A DNA stretch of 64,000 nucleotides, taken from an uncultured Actinomycetota bacterium. GTDB lineage: Bacteria; Actinomycetota; Actinomycetes; Actinomycetales; CAWJMD01. Shown here one piece after another: positions 33,161-43,255 of the stretch (positions are counted from its first letter, which is position 1; every line of letters begins with the position of its first letter). The position numbers and the translations under genes are program-made. The stretch covers positions 8,869 through 72,868 of the forward strand of contig CAWGTL010000001.1 in the NCBI GenBank assembly GCA_963825505.1, given 5' to 3'. Under the pieces are notes generated by a model. It was not told the origin of the DNA. It made no database searches and was given only the letters and a program-made list of their open reading frames with translations.

Positions 33161-35092
33161 GTGGACGACCCCCTGGACGCCGCGCTGCCCGGGCTCGACG
33201 GGTTGGCGCCGCACCGGCAGGAGCTCTTCGCGCTGCGCACCCGCCGCTGGTGGCCCGACCTGGTCGACGGCCTGCGGGGGGTCTACGCCGACCCCGAGGC
33301 GGTCGGGCGGCGGCTGCTGGCGCTCGCGGCGCGCGCCTACGCCGCCCGGCCGGACGACCTGCACGTGCTCGACCTGCAGCGCTCGCTCGAGCCGGACTGG
33401 TTCCAGCGTCCTGACGTGGTGGGGTACGCGGCGTACACCGAGCGGTTCTCGCCGGACGGCACCCTGGCGGGGGTCGCGAGCAGGGTGCCGCACCTGCGCA
33501 GCCTCCAGGTGCGGTACCTGCACCTCATGCCGCTGCTGGAGCCGCGCCCGGCGCCGAACGACGGCGGCTACGCGGTGGCCGACTACCGCGCGGTGCGCTC
33601 CGACCTCGGCACCGTCGACGACCTGGTCGCACTGACCGGCAGGCTGCGCGAGTCCGGCATCAGCCTGTGCCTCGACCTCGTCCTCAACCACGTCGCCCGC
33701 GAGCACGAGTGGGCCGTGGCGGCGCGCGACGGCGACGAGCGGTACCGCGCGTACTTCCACGTCTTCGGCGACCGCGAGCTTCCGGACGCGTACGAGCAGA
33801 CCCTCCCGGAGGTGTTCCCCGACTTCGCCCCGGGCAGCTTCACCCACGACGACGACCTGGGCGGCTGGGTCTGGACGACGTTCAACTCCTGGCAGTGGGA
33901 CCTCGACTGGTCGAACCCCGACGTGCTCGCCGAGATGGCCGACGTCGTGCTGTTCCTCGCCAACCTCGGGGTCGAGGTGCTGCGGCTCGACGCGATCGCG
34001 TTCATCTGGAAGCGCTTGGGCACCAACAGCCAGAACCAGCCGGAGGTGCACGGGATCACCCAGGCGCTCAAGGCCGTCACCCGGATCGCCACCCCCGCCC
34101 TGCTGCTCAAGGCGGAGGCGATCGTCAGCCCGGGCGACCTGGTGCACTACCTCGGCCAGGGCCGCCACGCCGGCCGCGTGAGCGACCTGGCGTACCACAA
34201 CAGCCTCATGGTCCAGAGCTGGTCGATGCTGGCCGCGCGCGACGCCGGCCTGGCGGCCGAGGCGCTCGGCGCGGTGCCACCGGTACCGAGCACCACGGCG
34301 TGGATCACCTACGTGCGCTGCCACGACGACATCGGCTGGGCGATCGACGACGCCGACGCCGCGGCGGTGGGTGTGAACGGCTTCGACCACCGCTCGTTCC
34401 TGTCCGACTTCTACTCGGGCACGCACGAGGGGTCCTTCGCCGACGGGCTGGTGTTCCAGGCCAACCCGCAGACCGGGGACCGCCGGATCAGCGGGACGAC
34501 CGCCAGCCTCGCCGGTCTGGGGCGTGCGCTGCTGCACGACGACGGCCCCGCCACCGACGACGCGGTCGCCCGCATCCTGCTGTCCCACGCCCTGGTGATG
34601 GGCTGGGGCGGCGTCCCGGTGCTGTGGTCCGGCGACGAGGTGGCCGCCCTCAACGACGAGGGCTGGCGCGACCAGCCCGGCCACGACGAGGACAACCGGT
34701 GGGCGCACCGACCCCGGCTCGACGACGCCGCACTCGCCGTCGCCGCCGCCGACCCGACCTCGCCGCAGGGACGGGTGCTGGCGGGCCTGCGCCGGCTCGC
34801 GGGCGTCCGCGCCGTCCTGCCGCACGTGCACGCGGCGGTGGCGTCCGAAGCCGTGCCCACACCGGACCGCGGCGTCCTCGGCGTCCTGCGCCGCCACCCG
34901 CTCGGACTGATGATCGGGCTCTACAACGTCACCGAGACCTGGGGCGGCGTCCCGGACTGGTGGCTCTCGGAGCAGGGCCTGGAGATCGACGACCTGCACG
35001 ACCACCTCGCCGGCGGGCCGCCGGAACGCGACGACCACGCCGTGCTGCTGCCGCCCTACCGGGCGGTCTGGCTCACTGCACGGCCGACGTGA
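33161..35092 (+). CDS. amylosucrase / sucrose hydrolase (GH13_4)
   Basis: DGGYAV, EVFPDFAPG, RLDAIAFIWK, KAEAIV, YVRCHDDIGW, RISGT.ASL.G, DNRWAHRP. Confidence 0.88.
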   Translation: MDDPLDAALPGLDGLAPHRQELFALRTRRWWPDLVDGLRGVYADPEAVGRRLLALAARAYAARPDDLHVLDLQRSLEPDWFQRPDVVGYAAYTERFSPDGTLAGVASRVPHLRSLQVRYLHLMPLLEPRPAPNDGGYAVADYRAVRSDLGTVDDLVALTGRLRESGISLCLDLVLNHVAREHEWAVAARDGDERYRAYFHVFGDRELPDAYEQTLPEVFPDFAPGSFTHDDDLGGWVWTTFNSWQWDLDWSNPDVLAEMADVVLFLANLGVEVLRLDAIAFIWKRLGTNSQNQPEVHGITQALKAVTRIATPALLLKAEAIVSPGDLVHYLGQGRHAGRVSDLAYHNSLMVQSWSMLAARDAGLAAEALGAVPPVPSTTAWITYVRCHDDIGWAIDDADAAAVGVNGFDHRSFLSDFYSGTHEGSFADGLVFQANPQTGDRRISGTTASLAGLGRALLHDDGPATDDAVARILLSHALVMGWGGVPVLWSGDEVAALNDEGWRDQPGHDEDNRWAHRPRLDDAALAVAAADPTSPQGRVLAGLRRLAGVRAVLPHVHAAVASEAVPTPDRGVLGVLRRHPLGLMIGLYNVTETWGGVPDWWLSEQGLEIDDLHDHLAGGPPERDDHAVLLPPYRAVWLTARPT

Positions 35093-36518
35093 GCCGCATG
35101 ACGTTGTCGACGTAGCGCGACCAGAGCGGACGTCCGCGCCACTGCTCGGCGGTGAGCTCGGAGGACACCGACCGGTAGGCGTCCTCGACGTCGCGCACGC
35201 GGCGTACGACGTCGCCGCCCGTGCACAGCAGCGACACCTCGAAGTTGAGCGTGAACGAGCGCACGTCGAGGTTGGACGAGCCGACCACCGCCACCGTGTC
35301 GTCGACGGACAGGAGCTTGGCGTGCAGCACGGCGGGCGACGGGTAGCGGTAGATCCGCACGCCCGCCTCGAGCAGCGCGTCGTAGTAGGAGTTCTGCGCG
35401 CGCTGCACGACGAGCTGGTCGCCACGCTCGCTGACGAACAGCTCGACCGCCACGCCGCGCTGCGCGGCGGTCGTGATCGCGTAGAGCAGGGACTCGTCCG
35501 GGACGAAGTAGGGGCTGGTGATCGACAACCGCTGCCGCGCGCCGTAGATCAACGTGTTGAAGAGCCGGAGGTTGTTCTCGTGGGGGAACCCCGGGCCGCT
35601 CGGCACGACCTGGCAGATCAGGTCGCCCGGGTCGTCCTGGCCGGTGGGCTGCGCCGCCTCCCGCGCGGCGAACTGGTGGTCGAGCCGCTCGTGGGTCTCG
35701 ACGAACCAGTCGGTGGCGAACACCGCGTTCAGCGACGGCACCACCGGGCCGCGCACCCGCACCATCAGCTCGGTCCACCGGCGGTCGCCGCGGCGGTGGT
35801 ACCCGGCGTCGATCAGGTTCTGCGAGCCGGTGAACGCCAGGTCGCCGTCCACGACCAGGATCTTGCGGTGGTTGCGCAGGTCGGGCCGGCGCCAGCGTCC
35901 GCGCAGGGGGTGGATCGGCAGCATCTCGTGCCACTCGGCGCCGGTGGCGTCCAGCCGGCGACGCACGTCCCGGTAGCCGCCGACCCGACGGGTGCCGATG
36001 TGGTCGAACAGCAGCCGCACCGTCACACCGCGCGCGGTCGCGCGGGTGACCGCCGCCCAGAACGGCTCGGTCGTCGAGTCGAACGCGAGGATGTAGAACT
36101 CCACGTTGACGTGCTCGCGGGCCCCGTCGACCGCCTCGGACATCTGCCGGATCGCGTCGTCGTACCCGGTGACGAGCCGCACCTCGTTGCCCGCCACCGC
36201 GGGCAGCGACCCCAGGGCGCGGGCCAGCGAGAGCGCCGGCCGCAACCACGCCCGCACCTCACCCTCCGGAACGGCGTCGGGCAGGTCGCGCGAGCGCTCT
36301 CGGATCACCAGGTCGACCTCGGCCTGCTCGCGGCGCCGCCGGCTGTCGACGAAGGGGCTGCCGATCAGCAGGAACGCCACGATCCCCACGAACGGGAGGA
36401 AGAAGATCAGCAGCAGCCAGCCCCACGCCGACGACGGCCGGCGTCGCTCGGGCACCAGGCCGAGCGCGACCACCTTCACCAGGAAGTCGAGGACGAGCAG
36501 GACCGTGCCGGTCCACAC
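35073..36518 (-). CDS. cls: cardiolipin synthase
   Basis: Two N-terminal TMs, RNHRKILVVD and LHAKLLSVD HKD motifs. Confidence 0.93.
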   Translation of the reverse strand: MWTGTVLLVLDFLVKVVALGLVPERRRPSSAWGWLLLIFFLPFVGIVAFLLIGSPFVDSRRRREQAEVDLVIRERSRDLPDAVPEGEVRAWLRPALSLARALGSLPAVAGNEVRLVTGYDDAIRQMSEAVDGAREHVNVEFYILAFDSTTEPFWAAVTRATARGVTVRLLFDHIGTRRVGGYRDVRRRLDATGAEWHEMLPIHPLRGRWRRPDLRNHRKILVVDGDLAFTGSQNLIDAGYHRRGDRRWTELMVRVRGPVVPSLNAVFATDWFVETHERLDHQFAAREAAQPTGQDDPGDLICQVVPSGPGFPHENNLRLFNTLIYGARQRLSITSPYFVPDESLLYAITTAAQRGVAVELFVSERGDQLVVQRAQNSYYDALLEAGVRIYRYPSPAVLHAKLLSVDDTVAVVGSSNLDVRSFTLNFEVSLLCTGGDVVRRVRDVEDAYRSVSSELTAEQWRGRPLWSRYVDNVMRLTSAVQ

Positions 36519-36542
36519 CGGCCAGCCCGACGCCTCCGTGGC

Positions 36543-37607
36543 TCAGCCCTCGTCGGTGCCGGTGCGGCTGCGCTCGTCGCGCATCCACACGGTGCGCTGC
36601 GGGAACGGGATCTCGACGCCCTCGGCGTCGAACACGGCCTTGATCCGCCGGCGCAGCTCGCGGGCCACCCGCCACTGCTCGAGCGGGACGGTCTTCACCA
36701 CGAGCCGGACCACGACCGAGTCGGCCGACAGCGCCTCGACACCCCAGACCTCGGGCTCCTCCATCACCAGCGGGGCCCACTCCGGGTCGGCGTGCAGGTC
36801 GTGGCCGACCTGCGCGAGCAGTCCCTGCACCCGGGTGACGTCCTCGCCGTACCCGACGCCGATGTCGAGCACCGCGCGCGCCCAGCCCTGGGACTGGTTG
36901 CCGACGCGCTGGATCTGCCCGTTCGGCACGTACCAGACCGTGCCGTCGACCGAGCGCAGGCGCGTGACCCGAAGACCGACCGCCTCGATCGTCCCGACCG
37001 CCTCACCGAGGTCGACGACGTCACCGACGCCGTACTGGTCCTCGACGATCATGAACAGGCCGGAGAGGAAGTCCTTGACGAGCGACTGGGCACCGAAACC
37101 CAGTGCGACACCGAGGATCCCGGCGCTCGCGAGCAGCGGCCCGATGTTCAGCCCGAGCTCGGCGAGGATCATCAGCACGACCACCGTGGCGATCACGCCC
37201 GTGGCGACGCTGCGCAGCACCGTGCCCATCGTGCGGGCCCGCTGCACGCGCCGCTCGGACGCCAGCGGGCTGTGCTGCTCCAGCACGTTCTGGTAGCTCC
37301 ACCACCGGCGGCCGCGGCCGTCGTGCGCGGGCCGGTCTGCCGCGATCCGGTCGACCACCCGCGCGATCACCTTCTGCACGAGCATCCGGACCACGAAGCC
37401 GATCGCCAGGATCAGCAGGATCCGCAGCGGCGTGCCGACCAGCAGCTCGGCCCACTCGCCGAGGCGGCGCTCGCCGGTGACGTCGGTGACGAGACGGCAG
37501 ATCCGGGCACCCTCGTCGCAGGCGTTCACGGCGGTGTCGAGCACGTCCTGCGGCAGGACCGACCCGCTCGGCGAGGGGGACGGGGTGCTGGCGAGCAGCA
37601 ACCTCAA
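36543..37607 (-). CDS. MscS-family mechanosensitive channel
   Basis: ALGFGAQSLVKDFLSG, EDQYGVGD, YVPNGQI, IPFPQ; TTG overlaps the upstream stop, with GGAGG RBS. Confidence 0.92.
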   Translation of the reverse strand: MRLLLASTPSPSPSGSVLPQDVLDTAVNACDEGARICRLVTDVTGERRLGEWAELLVGTPLRILLILAIGFVVRMLVQKVIARVVDRIAADRPAHDGRGRRWWSYQNVLEQHSPLASERRVQRARTMGTVLRSVATGVIATVVVLMILAELGLNIGPLLASAGILGVALGFGAQSLVKDFLSGLFMIVEDQYGVGDVVDLGEAVGTIEAVGLRVTRLRSVDGTVWYVPNGQIQRVGNQSQGWARAVLDIGVGYGEDVTRVQGLLAQVGHDLHADPEWAPLVMEEPEVWGVEALSADSVVVRLVVKTVPLEQWRVARELRRRIKAVFDAEGVEIPFPQRTVWMRDERSRTGTDEG

Positions 37608-39790
37608 GAGGTGACCTCCAGGTGGGTGTGACGGGCCATGAAGGCCAGGGTGTCGGCCGACAGCTCGACCGACCGCGACAGGGCGCGCGCACCGTGGCCG
37701 ACGTCGGACTCGCGGCGCAGCAGCACCGGACTCCTCGACGGGTCGGCCGAGGTGGCGTGCTGCAGCGCGGCGCAGAGCTTGCGCGCGTGCAGCGGGTCGA
37801 CCCGGGAGTCGCTGTCGAAGACGGTGAACAGCGTCGCGGGGTAGACGGTCTGCTCGGTGACGCGGTGGTAGGGCGAGTACGACAGGAGCCACGCGAGCTG
37901 TTCCGCGTCGGTCGCGTCCCCGTACTCGCCGGTCCACGACACCCCGAGCCCGTGCAGCTGGTACCGCACCATGTCGAGCAGCGGGGCGGAGCAGACGACC
38001 GCCGCGTACAGGTCGGGCCGCTGGGTCAGGGCCGCACCGACGAGCAGGCCGCCGTTGGAGCCGCCGGAGACCCCCAGCCGGTCGGAGGTCGTCCAGCCGT
38101 CGGCGACCAGACGCTCTGCGGCGGCGTGGAAGTCGTCGAACACGTTCTGCTTGTGGCCGAGCATCCCCGCCCGGTGCCACTCCTCGCCCTCCTCGCCACC
38201 GCCGCGCAGACCCGCGATGGCGTAGACGCCGCCGGCCTCGACCCACGCGAGCAGGCCGGCCGAGTAGCCCGGCGTCATCGAGATGCCGAAGCCGCCGTAG
38301 CCGTAGAGCACGGCGGACGACGGCGCGAGGGGTCGACCCTCGGCGTCGAGCGCGTCGGCGCGGGCGGAGACGAACATCCGCACGACGGTGCCGTCGGCGC
38401 TGGCGTAGTCGATCTGCTGGGTGCGTACGTCTGGCACCTCGACGACCCCGGGCGGGGACGCGAACAGCGAGACCTCACCCGTCGGACCGTCGTACCGGTA
38501 CACGTGCGGGACCGACGTGTGGTCGGTGTAGCTGAACCACGCCTCGTGGCCGCCCTCCGGCCGCGAGAGCAGGCCGCCGACGCTGCCGAGCCCCGGCAGC
38601 TGCACGGCGGACCGCTCGGCGCCGTCCCCGAGGTCGTGCACCGTGACGCGGGAGACCGCGTGCTGGGTCCACGAGACGAGCAGCCGGTCGTCGCCGCCGA
38701 GCGCCTCGCCGTCGAGGACGCAGTAGTCCTCGAGGACGGCGTCGTCGCGCTGCGGCACCAGGTCGGTCCAGTGCTCGGGGGTGGGGGTCGCCGGATCGGC
38801 GACGCACAGCCGTCCGCGCGGCGCGTCGAGGTCGGTGCCCACGTACAGGCGCCCGTCGCGTCCGACGTGCGCCCCGGTGCGGGCGTCGCGACCCACCACG
38901 ACGTCGACCAGCACCGGCGCCGAGGGCTCGGTGAGCGACAGGTCTGCGAGCCAGACGTCGTTGCGGGGGTCGGTGCCCTCGGCGGCGGACACCACGAGCC
39001 AGCGGCCGTCCCACGACACCGAGGCGCCGTAGTAGGAGGTGATCGCGCGGCCGGCGCCGAACACCTCGACGTCCTCGGCCGGGTCGGTGCCGAGCCGGTG
39101 GAACCAGACCCGGCGGTGGTACTGCGCCTCGTCGGCCGGGACGAGCTCGGAGGCCAGCCGGCGGACGTAGTAGTAGGCCTCGCCGCCGACGAGCCAGGCG
39201 ACGGGGGAGTACCGGGCACGGTCGATCGGGCCGTCGACCACCTCGCCGGTCGCGACGTCGACCACCCGCAGCACCGACTCCTCGTTGCCGCCTTCGCTCA
39301 GCTGGTAGGCCAGCAGGTGACCCTCCTTGGACGGCTGCCAGGTGTCGAGCGTGGTGGTTCCGCTCGGGTCGACCGCCATCGGGTCGATCAGCACCCGCTC
39401 GACCGGCGAGCCGTCGGGGCCGGGCTCGGCGACGAGCAGCACGGCGTGCTCCTGCTCGGCGGTGCGTCGGGTGAAGAACATCCGCTCTCCGCGCCACACC
39501 GGCGGCCCGACCGACCCGGCGCCGAGCAGCTCGGCCACGCGCGCCGCGAAGTGGTCGCGCGTCGTCCAGCCCGCCCGGTGCTGCGCGAGCAGGTCGTCCT
39601 GCGCCGCCGACCACTGCGCCGTCCGCGGGTCGGCGGGGTCCTCGAGCCAGCGGTAGGGGTCGCGCACGGGGGTGCCGGGGCTCGTGGGGAGCTCCTCGAC
39701 CAGGTCGAGGCGCTCGGCGCGGGGGTACGGCTCGTCCCTCGCCGTGACCGGGTCCGGTGTCTTCTGGTTCGCTCGCTGCGCGTCGCTCAC
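37604..39790 (-). CDS. prolyl oligopeptidase (S9A)
   Basis: DPYRWLED, YGYGGF, GGSNGGLL, DSRVDP, VGHG catalytic triad. Confidence 0.95.
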   Translation of the reverse strand: MSDAQRANQKTPDPVTARDEPYPRAERLDLVEELPTSPGTPVRDPYRWLEDPADPRTAQWSAAQDDLLAQHRAGWTTRDHFAARVAELLGAGSVGPPVWRGERMFFTRRTAEQEHAVLLVAEPGPDGSPVERVLIDPMAVDPSGTTTLDTWQPSKEGHLLAYQLSEGGNEESVLRVVDVATGEVVDGPIDRARYSPVAWLVGGEAYYYVRRLASELVPADEAQYHRRVWFHRLGTDPAEDVEVFGAGRAITSYYGASVSWDGRWLVVSAAEGTDPRNDVWLADLSLTEPSAPVLVDVVVGRDARTGAHVGRDGRLYVGTDLDAPRGRLCVADPATPTPEHWTDLVPQRDDAVLEDYCVLDGEALGGDDRLLVSWTQHAVSRVTVHDLGDGAERSAVQLPGLGSVGGLLSRPEGGHEAWFSYTDHTSVPHVYRYDGPTGEVSLFASPPGVVEVPDVRTQQIDYASADGTVVRMFVSARADALDAEGRPLAPSSAVLYGYGGFGISMTPGYSAGLLAWVEAGGVYAIAGLRGGGEEGEEWHRAGMLGHKQNVFDDFHAAAERLVADGWTTSDRLGVSGGSNGGLLVGAALTQRPDLYAAVVCSAPLLDMVRYQLHGLGVSWTGEYGDATDAEQLAWLLSYSPYHRVTEQTVYPATLFTVFDSDSRVDPLHARKLCAALQHATSADPSRSPVLLRRESDVGHGARALSRSVELSADTLAFMARHTHLEVTS

Positions 39791-39900
39791 GGCACGCCAC
39801 CCTACGTGCGACGGCCCCGCCGGCACGGCCCCCGGTCACCCGTCTGGCAGGATCGGGGCGCCCTGCCCGACCTCCACCCACCACCGGGAGCCACGCGCAC

Positions 39901-42042
39901 GTGAGCGAGAACGACGACGGTCACGCACCGCGGACGCCACGGCTCGACGAGCTCGCGGCCCGCTACGGCGTCGCCACCGAGTACTGGGACTGGCAGGGCC
40001 GCCACGTCCTGGTCAGCGAGGCCACCGTCGTCGCCGTCCTCGACGCGCTCGGGGTCGCCGCCGGGTCGGCCGAGCAGGTCGAGGAGTCGCTGCTCGCCGC
40101 GGTCGAGGCGCCGTGGCGCCGGACCCTGCCGCCGGTCGTGGTGGTGCGCGCCGGCGACGACGTGCACGTGCCGGTCCACGTGCGCGACGGCGAGCCGGTG
40201 CAGCTGCAGGTGCTGCTCGAGGACGGCGGGCTCGCCCGCGGCGAGCAGGTGGACCGCTGGGTCGAGCCCCGAGTGGTCGACGGCGCGAAGGTCGGCGAGG
40301 CCACGTTCTCGCTGCCGTCGGACCTGCCGCTCGGCTGGCACCGGCTGGTGGCCAGCACGCCGTCGCAGGAGAGCGCCTGCTCGCTGGTGGTGACACCGCG
40401 CCGGATGGAGCTGCCCGAGCAGGTCTGGGACCGGCAGCGGTGGGGCTTCATGACCCAGCTGTACTCGGTGCGCTCGTCCCAGTCCTGGGGGCTGGGCGAC
40501 CTCGCCGACCTGTCCGAGCTGCTGGCCTGGAGCGGGCGCGACCTCGGGGCCGACTTCCTGCTGGTCAACCCGTTGCACGCGGCCGAGCCGGTCGGCCGGA
40601 TGGAGCCGTCGCCGTACCTGCCCACCACCAGGCGGTTCGTCAACCCGGTCTACATCCGGGTCGAGGACGTCCGCGAGACCGCGTACCTGCACAGCACCGA
40701 CCGGGCGCTGGTCGAGTGGCAGGCCGAGGACCTGAGGGTGGCCAGCACCTCGGGCGACCTGCTCGACCGCGACGCCACCTGGGCGGCCAAGCGGGAGGCG
40801 CTGCACACCGTGTTCTCCGCCCCGCGCTCGCCTGCGCGCGAGGCGGCGTTCCGCGCGTTCTGCGCCCAGGAGGGCGACGGGCTGGTCGGTTTCGCCACCT
40901 GGTGCGCCTTCGCCGAGCACCTCGGACTGCCGGCGGCGCAGTGGCCCGCCGCGTTGCGCGACCCGTCGTCGGAGGAGGTCGAGCGGTTGAGCCGCCGCCT
41001 GGCCGAGCGGATCACCTTCTACCAGTGGCTCCAGTGGGTCGCCGACGAGCAGCTCGCGGCGGCGCAGCGCACCGCGCACGAGGCCGGGATGGCCTTCGGC
41101 GTCGTGCACGACCTCGCCGTCGGCGTCCACCCCGACGGCGCCGACACCTGGGCACTCGGTCCGGCGCTGGCGCGGGGAGTCAGCGTCGGAGCGCCGCCGG
41201 ACGCGTTCAACCAGGTGGGCCAGGACTGGAGCCAGCCGCCGTGGCGGCCGGACACCCTGGCGGCCAGCGGTTACGCGCCGTTCCGCGACATGCTCCGCAC
41301 CGTGCTCCGGCACGCGGGCGGGCTGCGGGTCGACCACGTGATGGGTCTGTTCCGGCTGTGGTGGATCCCGGACGGCGCAGGCCCGGCCGAGGGCACCTAC
41401 GTGCGGTACGACCACGAGGCGCTGCTCGGCATCCTCTGCCTCGAGGCGCACCGCGCCGGCGCCTTCGTCGTGGGAGAGGACCTCGGCGTCGTCGAGCCCT
41501 GGGTGCGCGAGGTGCTCGCCGACAGAGGCGTTCTCGGCACCTCGATCCTGTGGTTCGAGAAGGACGAGGACGGTGAGCCGCTCGAGCCCGAGCAGTACCG
41601 CGAGCTGTGCCTGGCCACCGTGACGACCCACGACCTGCCGCCGACCGCCGGGTACCTCGCGGGCGAGCACGTCGACCTGCGCTCGCGCCTGGGGCTGCTC
41701 ACCCGGCCGGTGGAGGAGGAGCGCGAGCTCGACGCCGCCGAGCGCGAGCAGGTGATGTCGCTGCTGCGCCGCCGCTCGCTGCTGCCGGAGGACGCCACCG
41801 AGCGCCAGGTCGTGGAGGCGCTGCACCGCCTGCTCACCTGGGCGCCGTCGCGGCTGCTGGGCGTGCAGCTCGCCGACGCGGTGGGTGACCGCCGTCCGCA
41901 GAACCAGCCCGGTACCGACCGGGAGTACCCGAACTGGCGGATGCCGTTGGCCGACGGCGTGGGCCTGCCCGTCCTGCTCGAGGACCTCATCACCCGCCCC
42001 CGTGCGATCTCGCTCGCCCAGGCGGTCGCCCGTCGCGGCTGA
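39901..42042 (+). CDS. malQ: 4-alpha-glucanotransferase (GH77)
   Basis: QLYSVRS, NPLHA, HDLAVGV, RVDHVMGLFRLWWIP, GEDLG, THD, NQPGT..YPNWR. Confidence 0.96.
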   Translation: MSENDDGHAPRTPRLDELAARYGVATEYWDWQGRHVLVSEATVVAVLDALGVAAGSAEQVEESLLAAVEAPWRRTLPPVVVVRAGDDVHVPVHVRDGEPVQLQVLLEDGGLARGEQVDRWVEPRVVDGAKVGEATFSLPSDLPLGWHRLVASTPSQESACSLVVTPRRMELPEQVWDRQRWGFMTQLYSVRSSQSWGLGDLADLSELLAWSGRDLGADFLLVNPLHAAEPVGRMEPSPYLPTTRRFVNPVYIRVEDVRETAYLHSTDRALVEWQAEDLRVASTSGDLLDRDATWAAKREALHTVFSAPRSPAREAAFRAFCAQEGDGLVGFATWCAFAEHLGLPAAQWPAALRDPSSEEVERLSRRLAERITFYQWLQWVADEQLAAAQRTAHEAGMAFGVVHDLAVGVHPDGADTWALGPALARGVSVGAPPDAFNQVGQDWSQPPWRPDTLAASGYAPFRDMLRTVLRHAGGLRVDHVMGLFRLWWIPDGAGPAEGTYVRYDHEALLGILCLEAHRAGAFVVGEDLGVVEPWVREVLADRGVLGTSILWFEKDEDGEPLEPEQYRELCLATVTTHDLPPTAGYLAGEHVDLRSRLGLLTRPVEEERELDAAEREQVMSLLRRRSLLPEDATERQVVEALHRLLTWAPSRLLGVQLADAVGDRRPQNQPGTDREYPNWRMPLADGVGLPVLLEDLITRPRAISLAQAVARRG

Positions 42043-42067
42043 CCTGCCGCACCCAGCCGAGCACGCG

Positions 42068-42100
42068 GAACGGCCCGTGAGCGGGGCTCACGGGCCGTTC
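42068..42100. terminator. bidirectional terminator-like hairpin
   Basis: gaacggcccgtgagc-ggg-gctcacgggccgttc, a perfect 15-bp stem between convergent genes. Confidence 0.7.
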
Positions 42101-42120
42101 GCGCGCACTGGCCGAGCGGG

Positions 42121-42318
42121 TCAGGAGGGGGGCGTTCCTGACCGCCGACGCCGCCGCCAGGCGAGGCGGACGCCGGTGAGCACGAGGTAGGCGGCCACGA
42201 ACCAGACCACCCACGACAGCGGGGGGACGCCGCCGCCGAACACGGTGAAGGTGACGAGGTAGACGGCGAGGCAGACGACGAAACCCGCCACCTCGGCGCC
42301 GATCCGGCTGGGGGACAA
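42121..42318 (-). CDS. 65-aa two-TM membrane protein (putative immunity protein)
   Basis: AAGGAG RBS + TTG 20 nt after the upstream stop; two hydrophobic helices followed by RRRRR. Confidence 0.65.
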   Translation of the reverse strand: MSPSRIGAEVAGFVVCLAVYLVTFTVFGGGVPPLSWVVWFVAAYLVLTGVRLAWRRRRRSGTPPS

Positions 42319-42338
42319 CGGCTCTGCTCCTTCCGTGG

Positions 42339-43172
42339 TCAGCACGGCACGTGGTACGAGTCGTAGGTCATCCAGATGGTGGCGGCCACCGGGTAGAGCG
42401 GCACCCGCATCTTGAAGCACCGGCCGGGGGTGCGGGCCGCGGCCTGGGCGGTGGCCACCATGTCGGCCGCGTAGGGACCGACCATCGCCGAGCACGCGGC
42501 CCTGACCCGCCAGTCGACCTGCAGCGTCCCGCAGATCGCCGTGGCGACGGCACCCACCGGGCCGGCGATCTTGGCGAGCTTGACCGTGTCGGTGCGGTTC
42601 CACTTCATGTACGCGACCGCGATGCCACGGTGGAACCCGAACGAGATCGTCGGGTCGGCCGCGACCGGGAAGACGGCGCCGCCGGTGTCGACGTGCTGGC
42701 GCAGCCGGCCGTCGGGCAGGAGCGTGTACCGCGTCGGCAGGAGCGTGCCCGTCGCGTCGACCGCCCAGGGCGCCTCGACGGCGCCGACGGTGCGCTCGCT
42801 GGCGAGGTCGACGACCCAGAACGCGCCGTCGCCGGCGGCCCGCAGCTCGGTGCCGTCCGGCAGGTCGAGGTCGAAGTCGGCCTGCGACCGTCCGTCGTCG
42901 AGGACCGCCACCAGCGAGTACCCGCCGGTGCCGCGGTCGTGCAGGAGCGTGGGCAGGTCGGCGCCGTCGGTGCCGGTGGCGGGCGCCACGGTGCCGGCAG
43001 CGAGCCGTACCCGGCCCGCGAGCAGGTCGGTGCCGAGGCCGGTGGTGGCGGCGACGGCGCGCTGGGCCGTCGCGGTCGGGCGATCAGGTGGTGCGACGGC
43101 CTGGGCGGCCGAGGTCGGCGCGAGCAGCATCACGGCTGCTGCGGCCGAGGTGAGCACGGTGCGGATGCGCAT
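42339..43172 (-). CDS. secreted protein: signal peptide, pro-domain ending FPVAADP, cationic 4-Cys C-terminal domain
   Basis: GGGGA RBS + ATG; MRIRTVL...AQA signal peptide; APWAVDATG..LPTRY...FPVAADP motif. Confidence 0.8.
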   Translation of the reverse strand: MRIRTVLTSAAAAVMLLAPTSAAQAVAPPDRPTATAQRAVAATTGLGTDLLAGRVRLAAGTVAPATGTDGADLPTLLHDRGTGGYSLVAVLDDGRSQADFDLDLPDGTELRAAGDGAFWVVDLASERTVGAVEAPWAVDATGTLLPTRYTLLPDGRLRQHVDTGGAVFPVAADPTISFGFHRGIAVAYMKWNRTDTVKLAKIAGPVGAVATAICGTLQVDWRVRAACSAMVGPYAADMVATAQAAARTPGRCFKMRVPLYPVAATIWMTYDSYHVPC

Positions 43173-43255
43173 GTCGTTCCCCGAGGTGTCGGACGGTCCG
43201 GCGGTGCCGGCTGCTGCCCGAGCGTCGCAACGACGAGGGGTTCCGCGGCACCTGC

